Assembly: GCA_950097015.1 (NCBI GenBank)
Contig: CATNEN010000014.1
Location: forward strand, 1,116,001-1,180,000
Origin: Macrostomum hystrix
Lineage: Eukaryota > Animalia > Platyhelminthes
Direction of reading: 5' to 3'
DNA: 64,000 nt
Positions 39,901 through 50,312 of this stretch are shown here, in pieces (the stretch's first letter is position 1; each line of letters starts with the position of its first letter). The notes under the pieces are model-generated. The model made no database searches and had not been told where the DNA came from. It saw only the letters and a program-made list of their open reading frames with translations. The position numbers and the translations under genes were made by a program.

Positions 39901-41242
39901 AGTCCTGGAACTCATTGGCGAGTCCTGGAACTGACTGACGAGTCCTGGAACTCACTGACGAGTCCTGGAACTCACTGACGAGTCCTGGAACTCACTGACG
40001 AGTCCTGGAACTCATTGGCGAGTCCTGGAACTCATTGGCGAGTCCTGGAACTCATTGGCGAGTCCTGGAACTCACTGGCGAGTCCTGGAACTCATTGGCG
40101 AGTCCTGGAACTCATTGGCGAGTCCCTGGAACTCATTGGCGAGTCCTGGAACTCATTGGCGAGTCCTGGAACTCACTGACGAGTCCTGGAACTCACTGAC
40201 GAGTCCTGGAACTCACTGACGAGTCCTGGAACTCACTGACGAGTCCTGGAACTCATTGGCGAGTCCCTGGAACTCATTGGCGAGTCCTGGAACTGACTGA
40301 CGAGTCCTGGAACTCACTGACGAGTCCTGGAACTCACTGACGAGTCCTGGAACTCATTGGCGAGTCCTGGAACTCATTGGCGAGTCCTGGAACTCATTGG
40401 CGAGTCCTGGAACTCATTGGCGAGTCCTGGAACTCATTGGCGAGTCCTGGAACTCATTGGCGAGTCCTGGAACTCATTGGCGAGTCCTGGAACTCATTGG
40501 CGAGTCCCTGGAACTCACTGACGAGTCCTGGAACTCACTGACGAGTCCTGGAACTCACTGACGAGTCCTGGAACTCACTGACGAGTCCTGGAACTCATTG
40601 GCGAGTCCCTGGAACTCATTGGCGAGTCCTGGAACTGACTGACGAGTCCTGGAACTCACTGACGAGTCCTGGAACTCACTGACGAGTCCTGGAACTCACT
40701 GACGAGTCCTGGAACTCATTGGCGAGTCCTGGAACTCATTGGCGAGTCCTGGAACTCACTGACGAGTCCTGGAACTCACTGGCGAGTCCTGGAACTCACT
40801 GACGAGTCCCACTGTCACACCCGCAGTGCAATTTCTGTACCTGATGCTCCGCTGTGAGACCAGCTCCAGCAGCAGCTATGTGATCACGCTCTGCGCTGAG
40901 AACGCGACATTCATCTGCGCCTGCCTCTGGTCCGCGGGCGCCGCCACGGACGACTGGCTGGCGGGCGCCGTCAACCGCACCGTCTCGCCGGTTCTGCAGG
41001 CCGTCAGCTTTGGCTGCCTCTGCGCCAACATCGCCAACTTCTTTGTGTCGGTCTTCGGCTCGCGGCCAAGTTGCTGGCCCTCCTACTTCACCGGACTGCT
41101 GTGGGGTGTCACGTGGCTCAACGTAGCCTCCTTCGCCGTCGTCACGGCCCTGCTGGTCCAGATCAGCTCGACGATGAACCTGTTTGATGCCGTGCGGAGG
41201 GCCGATGGCGAAGAACCTCAGCCCCCAATGGAGCACGAGTGA
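36907..41242 (+). CDS. Unresolved multi-exon membrane protein gene (candidate exons 36907-37057, 37660-37822, 38232-?, 40827-41242); family not recognised
   Basis: Exon 1 reads MHSATVKNLWKSNPGYRKRAKQDIRLVQQYSLLLGVLLSSALYRLLAVVI and ends at a phase 1 GTGAGC donor. The GC-rich terminal exon after the CCCGCAG acceptor (40826) is also phase 1 and encodes about 3 hydrophobic segments. The middle exons cannot be placed uniquely, and this may be two genes. Confidence 0.45.
37108..37425. repeat. ~22-bp minisatellite CTATCCAACAGGTGTGCCCATC
   Basis: Tandem periodicity with a higher-order 3-4 unit pattern. Confidence 0.9.
37908..38208. repeat. 21-bp minisatellite ACACCCGATGCTCACTGTCTA
   Basis: Tandem periodicity, ~14 copies. 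Confidence 0.92.
39520..40808. repeat. 20-bp minisatellite GGAACTCA(CTGA/TTGG)CGAGTCCT, ~63 copies
   Basis: Two variant units in runs. The array ends ~18 nt before the acceptor at 40826. Confidence 0.96.
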
Positions 41243-41815
41243 CTGTTCCTTATGGGATTCCCATTCTTGTCTCACAATCTTCCCACCCCTGCCTCACTAT
41301 CTTCCCACTCCTGTCTCACAATCTTCCCACTCCTGTCTCACAATCTTCCCACTGGTAACTCACTAATGTATCACTACCTACTCATCTGTGTGATAAGGAT
41401 TTAGATTCTTTATTAGATAGGCGAATTCGAATGTTAGGTTTTTAATTTCTCACAATGTCAAACTTGACTTTATTTATGAAATACGATTTGCTAGATCCTG
41501 TACGTTCACAAATATATTAGCTGTGCCATCTTCCTAGTCCTATTTTGTTGCAATTGCTTCACATTTGAGCCATAGACAGTGCTCCCGAAAATTTGCCACC
41601 AAATCCAAAAGCGACCCAGCCAATGAGGGCTCAGTAAGGCAGCCTCCGAGTTTGAGTCATGAGTTGCTGAGCACAAGCTCAGCCGCTCCTCAATAAAAAG
41701 CCATCCGGGCGCAGGGACAACGCAGGACTCACAGACCCGGAGTTTCCCAGACGGGCGCGCAACAGAAAAATCCCCCCGAGGCAATTTTCCGGTTGACAAG
41801 GCAAGCTTCAGCAAC

Positions 41816-42443
41816 ATGATTGGCTTCAACAGTAAGTAATCCATTGTGCAAGGCACGCGCTTTGAGCAGTGCTCAATATTGTGTTGATTTTCGTAACTGA
41901 CCTGCTCTCCCAACACCCCCGGCTTACAGCCTGGCAGCTACTGCTTATCGCCGCCTGCGCCGCCACCGCCTTCGCGTTCGACGAGCCGCTGGGTGAGTTG
42001 CTGCTCAAAGCCTCCCTTTAACCCCCCAATTGACTCCGCTGTAAAGCTCATCCTCAAACCCGCCTCTACTGCCAGATGGCGACCTTCCCGACGCCACCGA
42101 AGTTGGTGAAGCTGAGAAGAACGCCATGAGGCAGCTTCTGATGCACCTGATCGACGCCCAGGACGAGAACGACAAGCGAATGTCGGAGTTCGTCGGAAAG
42201 CGAATGTCGGAGTTCGTCGGAAAACGACACGCAGACAGAAAGCGAATGTCGGAGTTCGTCGGAAAACGACACGCAGACAGAAAGCGAATGTCGGAGTTCG
42301 TCGGAAAACGACACGCAGACAGAAAGCGAATGTCGGAGTTCGTCGGAAAACGACACGCAGACAGAAAGCGAATGTCGGAGTTCGTCGGAAAGAGAATGTC
42401 GGAGTTCGTCGGAAAGAGAATGTCGGAGTTCGTCGGAAAGTGA
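41816..42443 (+). CDS. Neuropeptide precursor (~148 aa) yielding 8 x MSEFVamide (EFLamide/TRH-type-like); exons 41816-41831, 41930-41992, 42076-42443
   Basis: Spliced product is MIGFNTWQLLLIAACAATAFA (signal) - FDEPLDGDLPDATEVGEAEKNAMRQLLMHLIDAQDEND - KR[MSEFVG]KR x8 with four HADR spacers. Donors GTAAGT and GTGAGT, both introns phase 1 and frame-preserving. Dibasic cleavage sites and Gly amide donors are present on every copy (the last ends GK-stop). Confidence 0.9.
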
Positions 42444-43784
42444 GCCGCTGGGTTCTCAAAGAACTTGAACTTGTTCCCGATTCGCAGAACTTGTGTATGC
42501 GCCTGAGTAAAATAATAATTGTGCAGATTAGAAGACAAATACACGGGCTCTGGCCTCCCCCAACACGCCCATAGATGATGCTCAGCTGAGCAATTCAACT
42601 CAAGTGATTCAGTGACGAAAAACATCTTTCTTTTTCAATTTTTTCCGTGGGAAAATGGAGTCTAGTTTGGAAGGACAATAAAACGTGTTCTATTCGGTAA
42701 GCTTCGAAGTGAAGGCAAGGCTCACAGCCAATCAGAAAACGCCACGGATAATTGGCGGGGAGAGAGATCGTTATTTAGCTGAGCTAAAGGGCAGGGAGTA
42801 AGCCGGAAAGGCTATTGTCCGGCTACCAGCGGGAGGCCAGCCAATCACAAAGCGAAGTGGGGTGGCGCTGACCTGTAGAAAGGGACAGCTAAGAAATAGC
42901 TCACTAACCTGGCCGCAGCATGAGGTTAAACTGCGGCCAGGTTTTAGAATTCAACAATATCCCACATCAATTGTAATATACTCATACTAAGACATATGAT
43001 AAGTCCGGATTCCCAACGGCACTAACTGAGGAGCTGAATTAGGAATTAGCAACTCGAATTCGGATCAGGGTTAAGAAGGCACGTAGCAATGAGCTTAGGG
43101 GATAACTAATAGCTAGCAGACACCACTCTACAACTGGGAGCTGTTCTCAAAGTTATCGGGACAGGCATTTTCAAAGCCCACCAACCCCCCCCTGGTGTCG
43201 CAGGTGAGTCTTCGGGGAGGCGGAGGGAGGAGGGCGTGGAGAGCAGCAGCTCAACTGGAACTCGACACTCAGCGGGCCGGAGACAATGCGCAGGGCTGTG
43301 GAGGAACAGGTGGGCCGCCGGGCGGAGAAGCGAAGATGAATCGATGCCTTCCCCACTTAGGCCCTTCAAATGCTTCACTTTCCCATTTTCTCACAATATC
43401 CCCTATTCTTGAAGCTGTCCCAGCCGCGTCGGCCGAAGGCTTACAAAGCTCCACTTTCTCACCGTGACCTGCTGCTGCTGCTGCTGCTTTTAGAGCTGCA
43501 GAGAATTTTCTTGCCTCCGACCGCCCGCCTTGGTCCTCCCACGGCCCCATTGAGTTGCCTCAATTCGGGCATTCAAGGCGGAGCCTCATTCACTGCAGCT
43601 GCCAGCAGCAAATTGTCTAACAATCTCTGGCAGCCGCCAACCGCCTGCTGAATAGGCCGAGCCGCTGAAGGGTCACTTGGCTTCTGAGCTCAGCTGCTGG
43701 GACTTTGAAGGCTACTTGAAAGTTAAAAATAGACAACTCGGAACTAGGCTATTGTACGGAGACCTGTGACGCGAGACAGAGGGA

Positions 43785-45490
43785 CAGAGAGAACAGAGGG
43801 GGAGAGTGAACAGAGGGGGAGAGTGAACAGAGGGGGAGAGTGAACAGAGGGGGAGAGTGAACAGAGGGGGAGAGTGAACAGAGGGGGAGAGTGAACAGAG
43901 GGGGAGAGTGAACAGAGGGGGAGAGTGAACAGAGGGGGAGATTGAACAGAGGGGGAGAGTGAACAGAGGGGGAAAGTGAACAGAGGGGGAGAGTGAACAG
44001 AGGGAGAGAGTGAACAGAGGGGGAGAGTGAACAGAGGGGGAGAGTGAACAGAGGGGGAGAGTGAACAGAGGGGGAGAGTGAACAGAGGGGGAGAGTGAAC
44101 AGAGGGGGAGAGAGAACAGAGGGGGAGAGTGAACAGAGGGGGAGAGTGAACAGAGGGGGAGAGTGAACAGAGGGGAGAGTGAACAGAGGGGGAGAGTGAA
44201 CAGAGGGGGAGAGTGAACAGAGGGGGAGAGTGAACAGAGGGGGAGAGTGAACAGAGGGGGAGAGAGAACAGAGGGGGAGAGTGAACAGAGGGGGAGAGTG
44301 AACAGAGGGGGAGAGTGAACAGAGGGGAGAGTGAACAGAGGGGGAGAGTGAACAGAGGGGGAGAGTGAACAGAGGGGGAGAGTGAACAGAGGGGGAGAGA
44401 GAACAGAGGGGGAGAGTGAACAGAGGGGGAGAGTGAACAGAGGGGGAGAGTGAACAGAGGGGGAGAGTGAACAGAGGGGGAGAGTGAACAGAGGGGGAGA
44501 GAGAACAGAAGGGGAGAGTGAACAGAGGGGAGAGTGAACAGAGGGGGAGAGTGAACAGAGGGGGAGAGTGAACAGAGGGGGAGAGTGAACAGAGGGGGAG
44601 AGAGAACAGAGGGGGAGAGTGAACAGAGGGGGAGAGTGAACAGAGGGGGAGAGTGAACAGAGGGGGAGAGTGAACAGAGGGGGAAAGTGAACAGAGGGGG
44701 AGAGTGAACAGAGGGAGAGAGTGAACAGAGGGGGAGAGTGAACAGAGGGGGAGAGTGAACAGAGGGAGAGAGTGAACAGAGGGGGAGAGTGAACAGAGGG
44801 GGAGAGTGAACAGAGGGGGAGAGTGAACAGAGGGGGAGAGTGAACAGAGGGGAGAGTGAACAGAGGGGGAGAGTGAACAGAGGGGGAGAGTGAACAGAGG
44901 GGGAGAGTGAACAGAGGGGGAGAGTGAACAGAGGGGGAGAGAGAACAGAGGGGGAGAGTGAACAGAGGGGGAGAGTGAACAGAGGGGGAGAGTGAACAGA
45001 GGGGAGAGTGAACAGAGGGGGAGAGTGAACAGAGGGGGAGAGTGAACAGAGGGGGAGAGAGAACAGAAGGGGAGAGTGAACAGAGGGGAGAGTGAACAGA
45101 GGGGGAGAGTGAACAGAGGGGGAGAGTGAACAGAGGGGGAGAGTGAACAGAGGGGGAGAGAGAACAGAGGGGGAGAGTGAACAGAGGGGGAGAGTGAACA
45201 GAGGGGGAGAGTGAACAGAGGGGAGAGTGAACAGAGGGGGAGAGTGAACAGAGGGGGAGAGTGAACAGAGGGGGAGAGTGAACAGAGGGGGAGAGTGAAC
45301 AGAGGGGGAGAGAGAACAGAGGGGGAGAGTGAACAGAGGGGGAGAGTGAACAGAGGGGGAGAGTGAACAGAGGGGAGAGTGAACAGAGGGGGAGAGTGAA
45401 CAGAGGGGGAGAGTGAACAGAGGGGGAGAGTGAACAGAGGGGGAGAGTGAACAGAGGGGGAGAGTGAACAGAGGGGGAGAGTGAAAGAGT
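43785..45490. repeat. 17-bp purine-rich minisatellite GAGTGAACAGAGGGGGA, ~100 copies
   Basis: Tandem periodicity, nearly all-purine plus strand. Confidence 0.97.
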
Positions 45491-46194
45491 GACCGAGCGA
45501 CAGAGTAACGGAGGGATTGAGTGACAGTGAAAGAAGGGAGCCTGAGGTGCAGAGAGACAGAATCACCAAGTCACTGAGGGTGGATTATGAAAGCAGCAAT
45601 TAATATGGCCATTATCCAAAGTAGCAACAGCTTTCAGGTCAAGGCTAACAGTTATCCAAGACAAAGATCTTTTACTCAGACGATACAACGAAAAGTGTTT
45701 CCTTGGATATCTTGCTAGTCACTAATGAGGCACCTGCTCGATTCACTAGGCAACCGTGTCACTGGCCATATCATCCCATAACACAGCTTTGATCAATCAA
45801 AACGGGCAGGAGAAGCAAAACTCGGCCTGGGCTACTCAGCTAAGATAAGCAAAGGGATATCATTTTAACGAGTGAAGAGTGATTCCGATATTTCCTACTG
45901 CTACAGGTTAATAGTAAATTTTTTTTTCATAACACCCCGATTTGAGCTCACTGGCTAGACCCTCGCGCAGGCCGAATCTGCTTTTCCACAGCAAGCAATG
46001 CTGCCCAAGGACCTGAATTCGACCAATCAGGCCATCACGGATTTAGAGGCCTCGCGGAGGTCAATGGGTCGAGGGCCATCTCCAGCTTCCACTGCCACCT
46101 GAGCTGTGTCGAGCGTGATTATTGGGTTTGAGTATACCTGAGCACATCCGGCGACTCGCAGAGCGCAGCGCACAGGCGGACAGTCGCTTCACAG

Positions 46195-46875
46195 ACAGGT
46201 GGACAGTCGCTTCACAGACAGGCGAGCAGTCACTTCACAGACAGACGGACAGTCAATTCACAGACAGGCGGGCAGTCACCTGAGAGACAGACGGACAGTC
46301 ACCTGAGAGACAGACGGACAGTCACCTGAGAGACAGACGGACAGTCACCTGAGAGACAGACGGACAGTCACCTGAGAGACAGACGGACAGTCACCTGAGA
46401 GACAGACGGACAGTCACCTGAGAGACAGACGGACAGTCACCTGAGAGACAGACGGACAGTCACCTGAGAGACAGACGGACAGTCACCTGAGAGACAGACG
46501 GACAGTCACCTGAGAGACAGACGGACAGTCACCTGAGAGGCAGACGGACAGTCACCTGAGAGGCAGACGGACAGTCACCTGAGAGACAGACGGACAGTCA
46601 CCTGAGAGACAGGCGGACAGTCACCTGAGAGACAGACGGACAGTCACCTGAGAGACAGGCGGACAGTCACCTGAGAGACAGATGGACAGTCACCTGAGAG
46701 ACAGACGGACAGTCACCTGAGAGACAGACGGACAGTCACCTGAGAGACAGACGGACAGTCACCTGAGAGACAGCCGGACAGTCACCTGAGAGGCAGACGG
46801 ACAGTCACCTGAGAGACAGGCGGACAGTCACCTGAGAGACAGGCGGACAGTCACCTGAGAGACAGGCGGACAGTC
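46195..46875. repeat. 23-bp minisatellite GACAGTCACCTGAGAGACAGACG
   Basis: Tandem periodicity with degenerate left-hand units. Confidence 0.95.
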
Positions 46876-47299
46876 ACCTCACAGACATAGCAGTCTCAAC
46901 CTCGAATTCTGAGATGCCCCAGAAGCTGCCCAATAAAGCGGGCTTGACAACATAAAGTAGCGGCTTAGAGCGGATTAGCTTAATCGGAATTCCATTCCGC
47001 TTGTGGCAAGGACAAAATAAGCTGATGCAGCTCAGAGCTGAAGCGAAGTCCACGTCGTGGCAGTTTTGAGAACTGTCCTTCCTCGGAGAATTCGGGCTCG
47101 AGCAGATCACTCTGAGCTGAAGAGCAGACGGTTTTCAGCAGAAAAGCCAGGCAATCTGTTCCCTTCAGCGTCAAGTTTTCTCAGTTATTTTTCTTCCTAA
47201 TCTCACTGAGCCTTCAAAACTGCTCACTAGTCAGGCAGAACGGCGAAACAACAAAAAAGTGAAGGAATCTCAAATTGACTGGCATACTTGAGGGAAAAG

Positions 47300-47762
47300 C
47301 TGGAATCGCAGCAGGAGCTGTAGCTAGAATCGCAGCAGGAGCGAAAGCTAGAATCGCAAAAGGAGCTGTAGCTAGAATCGCAGCAGGAGCGGAAGCTAGA
47401 ATCGCAGCAGGAGCGGAAGCTAGAATCGCAGCAGGAGCGGAAGCTAGAATCGCAAAAGGAGCTGTAGCTAGAATCGCAGCAGGAGCGGAAGCTAGAATCG
47501 CAGCAGGAGCTGTAGCTAGAATCGCAGCAGGAGCGGAAGCTAGAATCGCAGCAGGAGCTGTAGCTAGAATCGCAGCAGGAGCGGAAGCTAGAATCGCAGC
47601 AGGAGCGGAAGCTGGAATCGCAGCAGGACCGGAAGCTAGAATCGCAGCAGGAGCGGAAGCTAGAATCGCAGCAGGAGCTGTAGCTAGAATCGCAGCAGGA
47701 GCGGAAGCTAGAATCGCAGCAGGAGCGGAAGCTAGAATCGCAGCAGGAGCGGAAGCTGGAAT
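47300..47762. repeat. 24-bp minisatellite GCTAGAATCGCAGCAGGAGC(GGAA/TGTA)
   Basis: About 19 tandem units. Confidence 0.93.
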
Positions 47763-48029
47763 CGTAACATAGTTACTGGAGTGGAGAGTTTATTCAGGCA
47801 AGATAACAGGAATGAGCAAGGACACGTTGTGCATCCAGTGATGGCCCACAGTGCAGTTTGCTTGCCACGCCAAATAACTGTATGACCCCCAGAAGGCACA
47901 ACCATCGATCGGTGTTTCCTCGGCAATAACCGGGCTGATTGACAACACAGGCAGCTCAGTTTAGCCTGTCAACTGATAGCTAGGTCAATTTTGACAAGCA
48001 ATTCGTGCGAGACCACCCCCTTTGCGTTG

Positions 48030-48160
48030 CCCCGTCTCCTCCCTTCAATCTACCCCGTCTACTTACTTCAATCTACCCCGTCTCCTCCCTTCAATCTACC
48101 CCGTCTCCTCCCTTCAATCTACCCCGTCTCCTTCCTTCAATCTACCCCGTCTCCTCCCTT
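48030..48160. repeat. 23-bp minisatellite CCCTTCAATCTACCCCGTCTCCT (short copy)
   Basis: About 5 units, the same unit as the array at 50833-51080. Confidence 0.88.
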
Positions 48161-48494
48161 AAATCTATCCCGAACTCGCTCCTTTTCCACTGCTCACTGT
48201 ACCATGTCAAGTCAGTAAATTTCTTTGTCGCAGCGCACAGCGGAGCCGAGTCGCTAGGCGGGGCCGCCGCAGTGTTTGCTCGGAGGGCGGGAGTCAGGTG
48301 AGACGCTGAGTTGGCATTTGTTTGCCCCGACCTTGGCCAATACTTCAGTGGGCGCCTGTTTGGTCTGATGACACAGGTGGCCCCCAAACCTCTCTTATGA
48401 GTCTGTTTGAGCAATGAGTGAAATTGTGAGCCTTTATTCTTAGCGCGTTTTTGTTCTTCACCCTCGGCTAACTCAGGCAAATACTGTATGAGAC

Positions 48495-49400
48495 AGTGTT
48501 TGAGTCAGCCAGACAATCAGCTGTGTCAGACAATCAGCTGTGTCAGTCAGTTAGCTGTGTCAGACAATCAGCTGTGTCAAACAATCAGCTGTGTCAGTCA
48601 ATCAGCTGTGTCAGACAATCAGCTGTGTCAGTCAATCAGCTGTGTCAGTCAATCAGCTGTGTCAAACAATCAGCTGTGTCAGACAATCAGCTGTGTCAGA
48701 CAATCAGCTGTGTCAGTCAGTTAGCTGTGTCAGACAATCAGCTCTGTTAGACTGACAATCAGCTGTGTTAGACAGACAATCAGCTGTGTTAGACAGACAA
48801 TCAGCTGTGCCAGTCAATCAGCTGTGTCAGTCAATCAGCTGTGTCAGTCAATCAGCTGTGTCAGTCAATCAGCTGTGTCAGACAATCAGCTATGTCAGTC
48901 AATCAGCTGTGTCAGTCAATCAGCTGTGTCAGTCAATCAACTGTGTCAGTCAATCAGCTGTGTCAGTCAATCAGCTGTGTCAGACAATCAGCTGTGTCAG
49001 TCAATCAGCTGTGTCAGACAATCAGCTGTGTCAGACAATCAGCTGTGTCAGACAATCAGCTGTGTCAGTCAGTTAGCTGTGTCAGACAATCAGCTGTGTT
49101 AGACAGACAATCAGCTGTGTTAGACAGACAATCAGCTGTGTTAGACAGACAATCAGCTGTGTCAGTCAATCAGCTGTGTCAGACAATCAGCTGTGGTAGT
49201 CAGTCAGCTGTTTGAGACAGACAATCATCTGTGTCAGATAATCAGCTGTTCAGCTGTTTGAGACAGACAGTCATCTGTGTCAGATAATCAGCTGTTTGAG
49301 ACAGACAGTCATCTGTGTCAGATAACCAGCTGTTTGAGACAGACAGTCATCTGTGACAGATAATCAGCTGTTTGAGACAGACAATCATCTGTGTCAAACA
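48495..49400. repeat. 17-bp minisatellite CAG(A/T)CAATCAGCTGTGT
   Basis: Tandem periodicity. Most units carry the CAGCTG palindrome. Confidence 0.93.
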
Positions 49401-49869
49401 GTCAGCTACTATTTTTAAAGAAAGCTTAATAGACGAGCGCTACAGGTTTGTTTCAGAAAAAATCAGCAAGGCTAATGCTTTGAAGTCGGGCAAAATAAAA
49501 AACGCGTATATTTCTACTGCAAGTAGGAAAGACGGAACATGCACAATATGATAGACGTCGGAGACAGAGAATAATCAAGTAAAAATTGGCAGGTGAAACG
49601 AAACGAAGGAGAAGCCGAGATTAAACCCGGCCTGGCCAGCAGAGCATCGATAAGATAGATATAGATTGTGCAGCTAGCTCAGAAACGGAGTATCCGGACT
49701 ACTGGAAGAAGCAAATATAATCTATACAATGTAGGTTGCGCAGAAATTAACATTACGAAAATGACCATGCGTATATGCAGATAATAACAGATAATAACAG
49801 ATAATAACAGATAATAACAATGCAGATAATAACAGCATAGAAAGCGATACTAAACTTGCATCTAACTTG

Positions 49870-50312
49870 TCAGAATCAAAGATCCCATTGTCATAATCAA
49901 ATATCCCATTATCAGAATCAAAGATCCCAATATCAGAATGAAAGATCACATCGTTAGAATGAAAGATCCCATTGTCATAATCAAATATCCCATTGTCAGA
50001 ATGAGAGATCCCATTGTCACAATCAAATATCCCATTGTCAGAATCAAAGATCCCAATATCAGAATGAAAGATCACATCGTTAGAATGAAAGATCCCATTG
50101 TCATAATCAAATATCCCATTGTCAGAATGAAAGATCCCATTGTCATAATCAAATATCCCATTGTCATAATCAAATATCCCATTGTCAAAATCAAAGATCC
50201 CAATATCAGAATGAAAGATCACATCGTTAGAATGAAAGATCCCATTGTCATAATCAAATATCCCAATATCAGAATGAAAGATCCCATTGTCAGAATGAAA
50301 GATCCCATTTTT
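49870..50312. repeat. 21-bp minisatellite AAAGATCCCATTGTCAGAATC / AAATATCCCATTGTCATAATC
   Basis: Tandem periodicity with higher-order blocks. Confidence 0.9.

Noticed and set aside
39520-40808. CRISPR-like appearance of regular repeats (here and in other arrays)
   Set aside because: There are no unique spacers and no cas genes, and the context is eukaryotic and intron-containing.
43749-45569. 606-aa Pro/Ser/Leu-rich minus-strand ORF
   Set aside because: A 17-bp satellite whose C/T-rich strand lacks stop codons by composition.
47275-47772. (ARIAAGAE)n ORF resembling an Ala-rich repeat protein
   Set aside because: It is coextensive with a 24-bp satellite, and there are no convincing splice links or non-repetitive coding flanks.
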